Shown: positions 26,463-37,332, counted from the first letter of the stretch. The stretch is 42,057 nucleotides of DNA from a bacterium (GCA_049472315.1 JBLIRN010000027.1:1-42057); one strand, 5' to 3'. Translations and numbers: made by a program. Notes: generated by a model not told the origin, from the letters alone.

Positions 26463-27668
26463 CTATGCCTTGTTCTCACTGTCTACGGGCCGGTCAATGG
26501 GAAGATATATCAGGACAGTGGTGCCCTCCCCTTCCTGGCTTCGTATATCAATGAATCCCTCGTGGAGATCCAGTATCCTGGTAACGATGGAAAGCCCGAG
26601 GCCGGTTTTCCCCGGTGATTGTGAGTAGAACGGATCGAATATGCGGGGCAGATATTCCTCATTGATGCCGACCCCGGTGTCCTGAATCGATATTCGTGCA
26701 AACTGCCTTTGTCCCTCTTCCTCACGGAATATATCCGTAGTGATGCTGATGGTCCCTCCCCCCGGCATCGCATTGATTGCGTTGAGAAGGATGTTCAAAA
26801 AGACCTGTTGCATCTTCGAGGTATCGATCTGAATGGCGGGGATAGTCGAATCATATGACTTTCCGATGGTTATTCTGTGCGAGCTTAACTTTTTCTTAAG
26901 CAGATTCAATGAAATATTAATTGGCTCATGGATATCTTCGCTCTTGGTGATGAACACCTTTGGCTTTCCGAAATCCATCAAATCGTCCAGGAGCCCTTCA
27001 AGTCGTTTGACCTCATGGAGGATACTTTCCACATCGCTGTGCATCTCCTCCTCGACCTCCCTGTTTTTCATACGTTCCAAAATCGACGCCGCCATGAGGC
27101 CTATACCCACCAGGGGGTTCTTGATCTCGTGGACGATGGAGGCCGCGAGTTCACCCATGATCTTCAGCCTACCGTGATGCTGGAGCTCCCGCTCCATTCT
27201 GAGTTGATTGGTGATGATCCTCCCTATTTCGACAACACCCACAACCTGCCCGCTGTTATCATACACCGGATGCCTGCTGATGGATACCCTCTCGCTGCCT
27301 ACGGAAATAAGCAATGCCTCATCGACGAGATTTGCCTTACTCTCGCTCAGTATGGGACAATCCCTGCACGGTTCGCTCCGGTTGCGAAGAAGGGCATAAC
27401 ATTTCTGACCGATGCATTCCACGGAGGGTTTCTTGAGCAGCTGTTCATAGGCCTTGTTGACCATGAGGATGGTGTAATCGGTATCGATGATTGATATGAT
27501 ATCAATCACCCCGTGGAACACACTCTTAAATCGCGCCCGGTATACCATCCATCCCTTCCCTTGCTGTAAAAAGCGGCCCTTTTCCCTGTCCGATTTGCAA
27601 AAATCTCTCATAAGACTCAGTACATCCGTTGACGCATCCCGAAACAGGCGAGGACACCCCGCATGCAT
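26463..27668 (-). CDS. Cytoplasmic PAS-domain sensor histidine kinase (NtrB-like)
   Basis: PAS with IGQKCY.LL..RSEPC.DCP, H-box VHEIKNPL, QVFLNILLNAINAM, DTGVGI, TGLGLSI. Start uncertain. Confidence 0.9.
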   Translation of the reverse strand: MHAGCPRLFRDASTDVLSLMRDFCKSDREKGRFLQQGKGWMVYRARFKSVFHGVIDIISIIDTDYTILMVNKAYEQLLKKPSVECIGQKCYALLRNRSEPCRDCPILSESKANLVDEALLISVGSERVSISRHPVYDNSGQVVGVVEIGRIITNQLRMERELQHHGRLKIMGELAASIVHEIKNPLVGIGLMAASILERMKNREVEEEMHSDVESILHEVKRLEGLLDDLMDFGKPKVFITKSEDIHEPINISLNLLKKKLSSHRITIGKSYDSTIPAIQIDTSKMQQVFLNILLNAINAMPGGGTISITTDIFREEEGQRQFARISIQDTGVGINEEYLPRIFDPFYSQSPGKTGLGLSIVTRILDLHEGFIDIRSQEGEGTTVLIYLPIDRPVDSENKA

Positions 27669-27983
27669 ACTTATTCATCGGTTATTTCCAATAAAACATG
27701 TAGAAACAGACACCCTGAGGAAAAACCCTTGATCCGATATCTCATGCGCTGGTTGAAGGCATCCCTATAATATCATATTTTTGATTATGTTACCTTACCA
27801 TGTCCCATGTTATATAACCTTTATAAGACGCGCTCAAGGGAGAATCGCGTACGTCAGGAACCGGGAGAACGGGCAAGGATGACGGATCGGTACGTGGACG
27901 GGTCACGCGGACTGGATGACCACATGCACGAACGTATCCGGCACCGCTGACAGGGTGCTCCATGCAGCAGATTAATCCGCGAT

Positions 27984-28673
27984 TCATTCCTCGGGGTGCA
28001 GGCCGCATATCCCGAGCACCTCTCGGTGATCATCCAGGTAATACCGTGCATTCAGGTTCTTGTTCTTGTACGAGGCAAAGGGTACCCCCGCCCCCTCGGA
28101 GACCAGATAATCAACCTCGGAATCCCCTATATACAGGGTCTCATGCGGCAGCAGACGAAAGTGCTCCAAAATAGTGAGGAGGCATTCCGGGTGGGGTTTT
28201 GGATGGTGCACATCAAGGCAGGTCACCACAAGATCGAAGAGGTCCCCCAGACTGTGTTCCTTGATGATCAACGGCATGCTCGTCCCCCTGTTGGTGGCGA
28301 TCGCCGTCCGGCAGGCGGTATGCAGGCGTCCGAGGGTGGTGCGAATGTGGGGTTCCAATCGCAGCAAGGGGATGAAGGGGGTATTGTCTACCACCTCCAG
28401 ATAGGCTCGTGCCTCCTCCATCCGTGGCGTATCGCGGAAAAGGTATTCCACCGCCCCCCGGGCCGTGGAAACGTGGACGAATTCCAGTTGCTCCCCGTGC
28501 AGCGGGGGCATGCCGAACCGTTCCAGGATATGATTGTAGAATGCCTCGTTCGCCCCCTTCGAGTCCAGAATCACGCCGTCGCAATCATAGACCACAAGCT
28601 TCGGCCATCCGGCATCACCCAGGCCGCGTCCGCTGCATGGAGGTCTCTGCCCGGCTCCCTTCCTACCCTTCAT
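27984..28673 (-). CDS. HAD-family hydrolase (phosphoglycolate phosphatase-like)
   Basis: YDCDGVILDS, IATNR, KPHPE, YIGDSEVD. Confidence 0.9.
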   Translation of the reverse strand: MKGRKGAGQRPPCSGRGLGDAGWPKLVVYDCDGVILDSKGANEAFYNHILERFGMPPLHGEQLEFVHVSTARGAVEYLFRDTPRMEEARAYLEVVDNTPFIPLLRLEPHIRTTLGRLHTACRTAIATNRGTSMPLIIKEHSLGDLFDLVVTCLDVHHPKPHPECLLTILEHFRLLPHETLYIGDSEVDYLVSEGAGVPFASYKNKNLNARYYLDDHREVLGICGLHPEE

Positions 28674-29694
28674 AGCTCAGGATGACCTCGATGTATTCGG
28701 AAGGATTCTGGTCGAGGAATGCAAAGGCGTTTGCCGCCTTTTCCAGGGGGAATTTATGGGTAATCAGATATGCGGGTCGTAACCGGCCGATCATGTCGAG
28801 TGCGAGCTTGGTACGCCGTGCCCTTGTCCAACGGGAAGAGAGTCCCGGGGGTATGACACTCCCCAGGCTGCTTCTTACCTGGATTCGGTGCCGGTAGAAG
28901 CGGCCGCCCAGATCCAATGCCGGGCGTCTCTTGCCGTACCAGGAACCGACCACCACCCTCCCCCCGAATCCCGTGACCGCGATGGCCGTGTCAAGGGCAT
29001 TCGGGTTTCCCGAAACCTCGAATGCCAGATCAGCCCCCTCATAGATACGGTCTCCCTTGAGCATCGAGTGAAGCTGGTCCATCACCTCGGGGAACAGGGG
29101 GTCCAGGCTCGCCTGGGCACCGAGATCCATTGAGGTGCGGCGACGGCGCGGATAGCGATCCAGGCTGACCATGCTGGCGAGGGGAAACTGCGCCAGCAGG
29201 GCCGTGGTCAGCAATCCCAGGATACCCTGCCCGAAAACCACCACCTGTTCACCCACAAGGGGACAACCGTCGGCAACGAGATTGAGTGCCGTCTCCATGA
29301 ACGGTATCAGGAGGGCCTCCTCAGGGGAGATGCCGTCCGGTATCGGCACGAGCTCGTTCGGGGGAATGCAAAAATGACTCTCGTGGTGGTGGAAGGAGAA
29401 GACCATCCTCCCCCGCCAGGAGGAATGCACCCCCTGCCCGCACTCCGTCACCCTTCCCACGGCCGAGTATCCGTATTTCAGGGGAAATTCGAATCCCTCC
29501 CGTGGTGAGGGAATGATCTCATCCATGCCTGGCACGGCAGGCGCCTGGCCCTGGTATATAAGCAGATCGGTCCCTGGGCTGAGGGCGGAGAAGAGGGTGG
29601 TGACCATCACCTGCCCGGGGGCGGGAGGCCTCAGCTTTTCCTCCCGAACCGCCACCTTATAGGGTTCTTCAAGATACAGAACACGCCTGTTCAT
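28663..29694 (-). CDS. MDR-family (zinc-binding-type) alcohol dehydrogenase/oxidoreductase
   Basis: SALSPGTD, FPLKYGYSAVG.V, VFGQGILG (Rossmann), DLAFEVSG, VVVGSWYG, LITHKFP. Confidence 0.88.
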   Translation of the reverse strand: MNRRVLYLEEPYKVAVREEKLRPPAPGQVMVTTLFSALSPGTDLLIYQGQAPAVPGMDEIIPSPREGFEFPLKYGYSAVGRVTECGQGVHSSWRGRMVFSFHHHESHFCIPPNELVPIPDGISPEEALLIPFMETALNLVADGCPLVGEQVVVFGQGILGLLTTALLAQFPLASMVSLDRYPRRRRTSMDLGAQASLDPLFPEVMDQLHSMLKGDRIYEGADLAFEVSGNPNALDTAIAVTGFGGRVVVGSWYGKRRPALDLGGRFYRHRIQVRSSLGSVIPPGLSSRWTRARRTKLALDMIGRLRPAYLITHKFPLEKAANAFAFLDQNPSEYIEVILSYEG

Positions 29695-29790
29695 TGGTGC
29701 CTCGATCCTTATTTCCCATCAGATCCGTTTCCATCCCGCGTGCGCGCTCTCATACGCCATAGGGCACGAAAATCGAGGAAAAAACGGCGA

Positions 29791-30609
29791 TTACGTTTCC
29801 TCCCAAAGGGTCTGCTTCGCACTGCCCCGCCCGATGATGTCCGATATCTTGATCTCCGGATGCCGGTAGCGTTTCCGGCCTGGGGTTCTTGTGCCGAATT
29901 CGATCGCCTCCTGCGGACACCAATGCAAACAGGCAAGGCACTGCTGGCAGTGATGCAGCCAGTTCGGCCTTCCCTCATTCATCTCTATATTGTTCACCGG
30001 ACACACCTGCGCGCAGATCTCGCAGCTCGTGCAATGCTCGTTGACCCAGAAGTCCTTGTCCGCCTTGGGAAGATGCGATGCCCCCATCCTGTAGATGAGC
30101 CCCGAAAAGAGCATATTCGCCACAACAAAGCTCGATTCAATGCCACTGCGCCTCTCTTCGCCAATCACCTCTGCGATGCACGGCACCCTTTCCGCTTCAC
30201 GGGAAAACAATCGCCCCTGTTTTTCCGCGGAGTATGCCCCATAGAGCGGTGTGTAATTTCCCGGCATCTGCACGCCAAACCCTGCCGAGAGTCGATGCCC
30301 CTTGGCGGCAAGCAGCCTGTCGAGCTGTTTGAGTGTCGCGCCCTGCAGCGCCCCGAAGGTAACGATCCCGAAGAGGTACGGTTCCCCGATTACCTCCAGC
30401 CTGCTCACGAAATCCACGACGATGAGGGGCAGTCCAAACATATACACAGGGCATACGATGCCGACCTGATCGGCGGAAACATGTATGGTTTCCTTATCCA
30501 TGAGCGATGCAATGGGTGCGAGGTGCGTGGAACCGAGTTCCTTGGCAAGGTCCCGGGCGACCTTGAGGGAATTCCCCGTGCCGGTGAAATAGTAGATGAT
30601 CCTGCTCAT
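29791..30609 (-). CDS. EFR1-family flavodoxin plus 4Fe-4S ferredoxin protein
   Basis: YYFTGTGNSL, PVYMFGLP, MPGNY, CTSCEICAQVCP, CQQCLACLHWCP, RYRHP. Confidence 0.92.
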   Translation of the reverse strand: MSRIIYYFTGTGNSLKVARDLAKELGSTHLAPIASLMDKETIHVSADQVGIVCPVYMFGLPLIVVDFVSRLEVIGEPYLFGIVTFGALQGATLKQLDRLLAAKGHRLSAGFGVQMPGNYTPLYGAYSAEKQGRLFSREAERVPCIAEVIGEERRSGIESSFVVANMLFSGLIYRMGASHLPKADKDFWVNEHCTSCEICAQVCPVNNIEMNEGRPNWLHHCQQCLACLHWCPQEAIEFGTRTPGRKRYRHPEIKISDIIGRGSAKQTLWEET

Positions 30610-31574
30610 GCCCGTATCCCCCTTCAAGGGTCGTTGGGAGTACCCCTCCAACAAAACTATGTCAGGCGGAGCGAAGCGGAGCTACTATGTTGCTATTTCA
30701 AGTTACCTTTATCTGTAGTGCTCGTCCGCAGGCACACAGGGGCATCCACCTTCCCCGCCTCCCGCAATGCAGGCAGTAATTTCGATTGCATGGTCCATTA
30801 TACTAAAATTTTGAGGCAGGGCAAAAACCTTCTGCATCATCCTTGATTCATGGGCGGACCATTGCAGTGCGCGAACAGGTGGGTAAACGAGCCCCGGTGG
30901 CGAGGGTCTGCAAACGCATGGAAGGGCAACACAAAGAGGAAAGGCATGACGTCAGAATTCTTATCAGGGGGGTAAAGGGACAGAGGGGAATACCGAAACG
31001 GTGAACAAGCTGGCCAGGAGTGCTTATTAAAAAGACCCTTCCGAAGTTTTTTTACGCACATGTAAAACCCAGGCCAACTCATTCACCGCCGTCGATAAAC
31101 TGTTCTTTCATGTGTCAAGGGATGTGAATACTGCGACATCCCTCACCGATCGATGGGAGGATTGTTCAAGAAATCATTGCCATATCAATTGGATTAACGA
31201 ATATCCGCGCTGAATGGGCAATTCCAATGGTGAATCCTCGTCCCTTTATTGTGGGCGCTCATGTCTGCCCGCGGCCGTGCCCGAAGGTTCACTATCAGCA
31301 TTGCAGGTTCAGGCGGATGGCATTGCCAAACGGGTGAAAAACATGTAGCATCATGGGGTGCCAATATTCTCACGGAATTTGTCATGTGCCCGATCTAACC
31401 GATACTATTCTCTTTATATTGTGGGGGAATGGGATTCGATTTGATACAATGGTGCGAAGTTACACAATTAAAACCCTTTTCGGATTAACAGACGCCCGTT
31501 GATTCCATTTCTTACGAGAAAGACGTAATGTCATTACCGTCGTTGTATTGGCCCATGGACCTGCATACGATACC

Positions 31575-32903
31575 ATGAAGGGAAACGGCAAACAGGGAAT
31601 CATCAGTTGGTGCATGTACGACTGGGCAAACTCTGCATTCGCCACCACCATATTGGCCGCGGTCCTTCCCATCTTTTACAGCGAGGTGGCGGCCAATGGG
31701 ATACCAAAAACAACGGCCACCAGCTACTGGGGATATACCAACACCATCGCCATGCTGGTGGTGGCCTTCTCCTCGCCGATTCTCGGTTCCATTGCCGACT
31801 ACACCGCAAAGAGAAAACGATTCCTCTTTCTGTTCACCGGCATGGGCGTCACCGCCACCGGACTGCTCTTTCTCATACAGCAGGGCCAATGGCTCGCCGC
31901 CTCCGCCCTCTTCATACTGGGACGGATCGGATTCGGAGGCGGGAATATCTTTTATGACTCGCTGCTTCCCTTCGTGGCCCACGAGGAGATCATCGACCAG
32001 GTATCCTCGCTCGGGTATGCCCTCGGATATCTCGGAGGGGGAATGCTCCTGGCGATCAACCTCCTCATGATAGTGAAGCCCGGGCTCTTCTTCATTTCCG
32101 ATGCCGTGCATGCGATGCGCATCTCCTTCGTCTCGGTGGCCCTGTGGTGGACGCTCTTTTCCCTTCCCCTTTTTCTCGTGGTGCCGGAACCGGGGCATTC
32201 CCCGCCCAGGGGTCTTTCAGGCGTGATAAAAAGGAGCATACGGGATCTGCTCGCCATCCTTGACCGGATCGCCGATTACAGGGAGCCCTTCAAGTTTCTT
32301 GTGGCCTTCTGGCTTTACAACGACGGCATCGGTACCATCATCGTCATGGCCGCCATATTCGGCTCCGAGATCGGAATCAACCGCAATCATCTCATCGGCT
32401 CCATCCTTCTGGTACAATTCGTGGGTATCCCGTGTACCATCATGTTCGGGAAGATGGCGAGATATCTTGGGACGAAGACCTGCATCCTCATCGGGCTCAT
32501 GGTGTACACCATCGTGGCCATCTACGGATATTTCCTGAAGACCCCGTGGGACTTTCTGATATTGGCCATCATGGTGGGAGTGGTTCAGGGTGGGACCCAG
32601 GCCCTGAGCAGGTCCTTCTTTGCACGGATGATCCCTGCGAAGGATTCGGCAAAATTCTTCTCCTTCTATGATGTCACCTCGAAATTCTCCGGCATCATGG
32701 GCCCTGCCCTCTTCGGTCTGGTTGCCCAATTCAGCGGGTCGAGCAGGTATGGGATCGTTGCCCTGGTCGTCTTTTTTATCACCGGGGGGGGCATCCTCTT
32801 CTTCGTCAATCCGCCAACTGGACCTCCTCGACCTCCTGGGCAACCTCGGCCCATTTCTCATATGCATCCCGGAGAAGGTTTTCCACCTCACGGTGGCGTT
32901 TGA
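31575..32903 (+). CDS. MFS transporter (UMF1/Atg22-like)
   Basis: [50 protein letters not shown]; about 12 hydrophobic segments. Confidence 0.92.
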   Translation: MKGNGKQGIISWCMYDWANSAFATTILAAVLPIFYSEVAANGIPKTTATSYWGYTNTIAMLVVAFSSPILGSIADYTAKRKRFLFLFTGMGVTATGLLFLIQQGQWLAASALFILGRIGFGGGNIFYDSLLPFVAHEEIIDQVSSLGYALGYLGGGMLLAINLLMIVKPGLFFISDAVHAMRISFVSVALWWTLFSLPLFLVVPEPGHSPPRGLSGVIKRSIRDLLAILDRIADYREPFKFLVAFWLYNDGIGTIIVMAAIFGSEIGINRNHLIGSILLVQFVGIPCTIMFGKMARYLGTKTCILIGLMVYTIVAIYGYFLKTPWDFLILAIMVGVVQGGTQALSRSFFARMIPAKDSAKFFSFYDVTSKFSGIMGPALFGLVAQFSGSSRYGIVALVVFFITGGGILFFVNPPTGPPRPPGQPRPISHMHPGEGFPPHGGV

Positions 32904-34755
32904 TCTTCACGGGATAGACCTCCGTGTCGCTCATGACCGCAGGATTACAGAGCTCGCAGGCGATCACCTCCATCTCCTGCTCAAGCTCCGCGATCTCCCG
33001 CTCCAGTGCAGCGAGCCGAATCCTGAGGGGCTTGAGCAGGCGCGATTTTTCCTGAATACGCCCCGCCCGGACACGGCGCCCTTCCTTCTTGTTGAGGAAC
33101 CGTTCCGGTTGCATGCAGGATGGATCATCCGCGGCTCGTGATGGAGGGGGGGCAGGCATCGCCTCCTGCCCCTTTTTCCACAGGTAATCATCATAGTTTC
33201 CCGGGTAACTGGTGAGCCTTCCGTTTTTGACCTCCACCACCCGATTGGCGATGGAGTTGATGAAGGCACGATCATGGGAGATAAAGATCAGGGTGCCCTG
33301 GTAATCGGCGAGCGCATCTTCGAGCACCTGGCGGGAAAGGATGTCCAGGTGGTTGGTGGGCTCATCCATGACCAGCAGGTTTGCAGGACTGGCGAGCATC
33401 TTGGCAAGGGCGACCCGGGCCTTTTCCCCTCCGGAAAGGACGGAAATCTGCTTGAACACCTCGTCCCCCGAAAAGAGGAACGCCCCGAGCAGGGTTCGGC
33501 ACCTCTCCTGGGTGAAATCGGGGGCCGCCCGCTCCAGTTCCTCCAGGATGGTGGCTGAGGGATCGAGGCACTCCAACTGGTGCTGGGCGTAGTAATCCAT
33601 GGTGACATGATGCCCCAACCGGACAACGCCTCCCTGTATATCCACCCTGCCGGCGATGATCTTCAACAGGGTGGACTTTCCCGCTCCATTGTGCCCTACC
33701 AGGATCACCTTTTCACCGCGCTGGAGGTCGAAGTCAAGGTTTTCATACACGGTCTTTTCACCGTAACGCTTGGTGACGCCGCATACCTGCACCACCTGAT
33801 GTCCTGAACGCGGGGGCTGAGGAAGGCGAATCTTCATCGCCCTGGATGCCACTTCAACGGGTTGCACCCTCTCCATCTTCTCAAGCATCCTGAGACGGCT
33901 TTGCACCTGTCGTGCCTTGGTGGCCTTGTACCGAAAGCGTTCGATAAATCGTTCGGTCTGCTCGATTTTCCGCTGCTGATTCCTGTACTCCGCCTCAACC
34001 TGCTCCTGGCGTACCGCCTTTTCCTCCACGTACTGCTCGAAATTCCCCACATAGGTATGCAGGGTTCGATTGGTGATCTCCAGGACACGCTGGGCGATAC
34101 GCTGCATGAACACCTGGTCGTGGGTGGTCATGATGATGGTGCCCGGATACTGGAGCAGAAATCCCTCCAGCCATACCACGGTTTCGAGATCGAGGTGGTT
34201 GGTGGGCTCGTCGAGCAGGAGCACGTCCGGTTTGGCCAGGAGGAGTCTCGCCAGGGCGACCCGCATCATCCATCCGCCTGAGAGTTCATGGAGGGAGCGC
34301 GTAACGTCCTCGGGGGAAAATCCCATGCCGCAGAGGATGGCCTGTGCCTGATGCTCGATTGCATATCCCCCCTTCGCCTCGAAAATCTGGCGCACCTCAC
34401 CGTAGTGATCGAGGAGTTCCGATGAATGGTCCTCCTTGAGCCTAAGCTCCAGATCCGTGAGTTCCTGCTCCATCCGCTGGAGTTCGGGGAAACCCGCAAG
34501 GATTTCGGCAAGGATGCTCCGCCGTGGATTGTCCCAGACCTCCTGCTTGAGATAGCCGATACGCGCACCCTTGCCGATGACGATACTCCCGTCCTCGACA
34601 TCTTCCTCGCCGGCCAGGATTCGAAGAAGCGTGGTCTTGCCCGACCCATTTGGGCCGACCAGCCCTACCCTGGTCTTGGGCGGCACGTGCGCCGATGCGC
34701 CGTCAAAGATCACCTTGGGACCGAATCGCTTGCGTATGTTCTGGATGTGGATCAT
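32806..34755 (-). CDS. ABC-F family ATPase (ribosome-associated, YheS/Uup-like)
   Basis: Two ABC domains ([22 protein letters not shown] and [23 protein letters not shown]), linker [19 protein letters not shown]-terminal coiled coil, no TM segments. Confidence 0.94.
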   Translation of the reverse strand: MIHIQNIRKRFGPKVIFDGASAHVPPKTRVGLVGPNGSGKTTLLRILAGEEDVEDGSIVIGKGARIGYLKQEVWDNPRRSILAEILAGFPELQRMEQELTDLELRLKEDHSSELLDHYGEVRQIFEAKGGYAIEHQAQAILCGMGFSPEDVTRSLHELSGGWMMRVALARLLLAKPDVLLLDEPTNHLDLETVVWLEGFLLQYPGTIIMTTHDQVFMQRIAQRVLEITNRTLHTYVGNFEQYVEEKAVRQEQVEAEYRNQQRKIEQTERFIERFRYKATKARQVQSRLRMLEKMERVQPVEVASRAMKIRLPQPPRSGHQVVQVCGVTKRYGEKTVYENLDFDLQRGEKVILVGHNGAGKSTLLKIIAGRVDIQGGVVRLGHHVTMDYYAQHQLECLDPSATILEELERAAPDFTQERCRTLLGAFLFSGDEVFKQISVLSGGEKARVALAKMLASPANLLVMDEPTNHLDILSRQVLEDALADYQGTLIFISHDRAFINSIANRVVEVKNGRLTSYPGNYDDYLWKKGQEAMPAPPPSRAADDPSCMQPERFLNKKEGRRVRAGRIQEKSRLLKPLRIRLAALEREIAELEQEMEVIACELCNPAVMSDTEVYPVKIKRHREVENLLRDAYEKWAEVAQEVEEVQLAD

Positions 34756-34827
34756 TGTCGTTCAGGCGTACCCTTTAGTTACACACAGAGGAACTCACCG
34801 GGCATATTGTCTTTCCATTATAATATA

Positions 34828-36012
34828 TTATTCCTGCAGGAGTGAAATATGGAGCAGGTCTCCGTCCTCCAACGGATCATCCCCACCGCACGTCCTTCCG
34901 AAAAAACGATGGCATGACTTCCAGCGATGCGTGGTTTCGGCACGGATTTGGATGAAACAGCGAGAACCGGATGTCTGATTCAGGAGTTCCTGTGCACTGC
35001 TGTATCTGATATGGGGCGACACGCATAACTCATCCTGACCCATCACCGTGGTCGTATTTCCCTGGAAGGAGACATTGATGAGGATGGGCAGGGGATCGTC
35101 TTCGCATATCGCCCCGCCGCCGGCGCAGGTATTCGGCCAGAGGGTTCCCGACAGTGCGGTATTTCCGGTGATTCTACAGTGGATGATGCGTGGTGTAGAG
35201 TTATACGCGCATGCGATCCCCCCTCCCTTAGAGGCGTCATTCTGGGTGATGTCGCATCGGATTATGTCCGGTGAGGTGGCAACACAAAAAATCCCCCCGC
35301 CGTCACCCTCTGCATGATTCGATTCGATCAAGCATCCGGTGATCGGTACATTCGGGGATGCATAGCAATAAATCCCTCCCCCTCCGGTGAAGGCATACGC
35401 AACAGAGCCGTGCGAGACATTATGACTGATGCGGCACATCGTGATGGTCGGGGATGAGTAAAAACCATAGATCCCCCCGCCGGAGTATGCTGCTTCATTA
35501 TCCCTGATTTCACAATTCATGATGGTGGGAGAGGAGGAATCGGAGCAGTAGACGCCGCCGCCCTGGGACGTAGATCGATTATCCCGCACCACGCAGTTTC
35601 TCAGGACCGGTGATGCATTTTCACAGCGTATGCCCCCGCCGTTCATACCTCTTCCGTTGGTTATGGTGAAACCGCTCAGGATTGCATGTTCATCCTCGCC
35701 GGACTTGAAAATAACGACACTCTCCACCTGATTGCCATCGATGACGGTGTCGGCGATGATCTGCGGGTCATTCGGATCCTCGCCCGTCACCAGGACCGGC
35801 TTTCCATTGAAGTTGATGTTCTCCACATATACCCCGGGATGCACGAGGATGGTGTCATGATCAGATGCTGCATCGAGTGCGGCTTGTACGGAATCATACG
35901 CATACCCTGTCATACCCACCTCGAGTGTGTCCGCGGACACGAGCGTGCGCACGGACACGGCACACAACATGAATACCGCTATTAACAGCATGTGTATGCA
36001 CAATCTCCTCAT
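34828..36012 (-). CDS. Secreted right-handed parallel beta-helix repeat protein
   Basis: Signal peptide ending LVSA|D. YDSVQAALDAA..HDTILVHPGVYVENINF, LSGFTITNG, and repeated N.A..GGGI.C....P.I..C.I units. The last about 60 aa look non-repetitive or degenerate. Confidence 0.85.
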   Translation of the reverse strand: MRRLCIHMLLIAVFMLCAVSVRTLVSADTLEVGMTGYAYDSVQAALDAASDHDTILVHPGVYVENINFNGKPVLVTGEDPNDPQIIADTVIDGNQVESVVIFKSGEDEHAILSGFTITNGRGMNGGGIRCENASPVLRNCVVRDNRSTSQGGGVYCSDSSSPTIMNCEIRDNEAAYSGGGIYGFYSSPTITMCRISHNVSHGSVAYAFTGGGGIYCYASPNVPITGCLIESNHAEGDGGGIFCVATSPDIIRCDITQNDASKGGGIACAYNSTPRIIHCRITGNTALSGTLWPNTCAGGGAICEDDPLPILINVSFQGNTTTVMGQDELCVSPHIRYSSAQELLNQTSGSRCFIQIRAETTHRWKSCHRFFGRTCGGDDPLEDGDLLHISLLQE

Positions 36013-36303
36013 GACGTCATACACCGTTCTATATCCTTTTATTGCGGGATTATAATGCATGTAACACAATTTCCCTCACTCCGGGTGGCCCCTCATGGTG
36101 TCCCCTGCACATGACTCCCTATGCACACATGATACCATGGGATACATCTTCGGTATCCGCAGACAGGGATAGAGGAAAGCATATATCATACCATGAGTTT
36201 CACGTAAGGGGGTGCGTAGAAAGTCTCTTAAGGAGTGAGTGGAGATTGAGTATTCGGTACAGGGGTACCCGGTACTACTTCTTCGTGCAGGGTGATCGTT
36301 ACA

Positions 36304-36333
36304 TGGGCTGCCCTCCTTATGTCGGGCAGCCCA
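36304..36333 (-). terminator. GC-rich stem-loop after the Gly/Tyr/Leu-rich gene
   Basis: TGGGCTGCCC-10 nt-GGGCAGCCCA, about 20 nt past the stop at 36355. No clear U-tract. Confidence 0.45.
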
Positions 36334-36354
36334 CTCAACAGACCCTAATATCGA

Positions 36355-37332
36355 CTATATAACCGGAGCGGTGAGGCTCAGATTGAAATTGCCATAATCA
36401 ACATTGAGCTTCGCCAGATCCTGGACCATATAGGTTCCGGTCATGGTGACCGGACTGGTCATGGTGCAGTCGAGCTCGATGATATATATGGAAAGCGCGC
36501 TTGGGAGCAATATGAACGTGGTGGTGGTGAAGAAACTTTGATTCCCCCCTGTCAGCGTGAAGGTCGTCACTCCACCAACGGGCAAGACTCCACTGACAGT
36601 GGCGGGGATGGAATTGGTCACCTTGTTGAGGATCAGGTTCACCTCGCCGCTTACAATTCCTGCTAAAGCATTCTCCACCAAGGTCATACTCATAATCCCT
36701 CCCTTGAGTTGAACAAGACTGAACCACGAGCCCGACCAGGTTCCCGCCTGCTCGGCAGTCACGGGAGGCACTGCCGGTGTTGCTACAGCAGGAGTTGTGT
36801 TGAGGAGCCCGAGGCCTGAAAGGAGCCCCGCTGTGCCCATAAGACCGCCGAGCCCGCTGAGCCCGTACATCCCCAGCCCGTAGAGGCCGCCGTACATGCC
36901 CAGACCGTAGAGGCCACTATATCCGTACAGTCCGCCATATCCGCCATAGAGGCCCAATCCGGAGAGACCGCCGTACATACCCAGACCGTAGAGACCACTG
37001 TATCCGTATAGTCCTCCATATCCGCCATAGAGCCCCAATCCGGAGAGACCGCCGTACATACCCAGACCGTAAAGCCCGCCGTACATACCCAGCCCGGAGA
37101 GGCCACCATACATGCCCAGACCGTAGAGCCCGCCGTATCCGTATAGTCCTCCATATCCGCCATAGAGCCCCAATCCGGAGAGACCGAGCCCGGATATCCC
37201 ATAATAGGCATTTCCAACAGGAAGAAAGGCGAGGAAAAACATCAGTACCAGCAAGAACAAAATAAATATGATGGCCAGTACCTCGATACTGAACCCCTTG
37301 CGCCTTTTTTCATCACTCATTAACCTGTGCAT
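36355..37332 (-). CDS. Secreted Gly/Tyr/Leu repeat protein with C-terminal beta-rich domain
   Basis: GGAGG RBS before ATG 37332. KRRK plus hydrophobic signal ending VGNA|Y, twelve 9-aa repeats, a Pro/Ala/Thr linker, then a domain starting AEQAGTWSGSWFS. Confidence 0.85.
   Translation of the reverse strand: MHRLMSDEKRRKGFSIEVLAIIFILFLLVLMFFLAFLPVGNAYYGISGLGLSGLGLYGGYGGLYGYGGLYGLGMYGGLSGLGMYGGLYGLGMYGGLSGLGLYGGYGGLYGYSGLYGLGMYGGLSGLGLYGGYGGLYGYSGLYGLGMYGGLYGLGMYGLSGLGGLMGTAGLLSGLGLLNTTPAVATPAVPPVTAEQAGTWSGSWFSLVQLKGGIMSMTLVENALAGIVSGEVNLILNKVTNSIPATVSGVLPVGGVTTFTLTGGNQSFFTTTTFILLPSALSIYIIELDCTMTSPVTMTGTYMVQDLAKLNVDYGNFNLSLTAPVI
36862..37185 (-). repeat. Coding tandem repeat, 12 x 27 bp (GL[S/Y]GLG[L/M]YG and GYGGLYGY[G/S])
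   Basis: Strict 9-residue periodicity with a higher-order 81-bp unit. Confidence 0.88.

Noticed and set aside
29740..30846. 368-aa plus-strand ORF
   Set aside because: Antisense to the EFR1 ferredoxin gene, no recognisable domain.
31347..31363. Sigma-54-like TGGCAC...TGCT on the minus strand
   Set aside because: GG to GC spacing is 11 nt rather than the required 10.
34828..36012. Chlamydial Pmp-like autotransporter
   Set aside because: GGGI-type beta-helix repeats are present but there is no C-terminal beta-barrel, so it is kept as a generic beta-helix protein.
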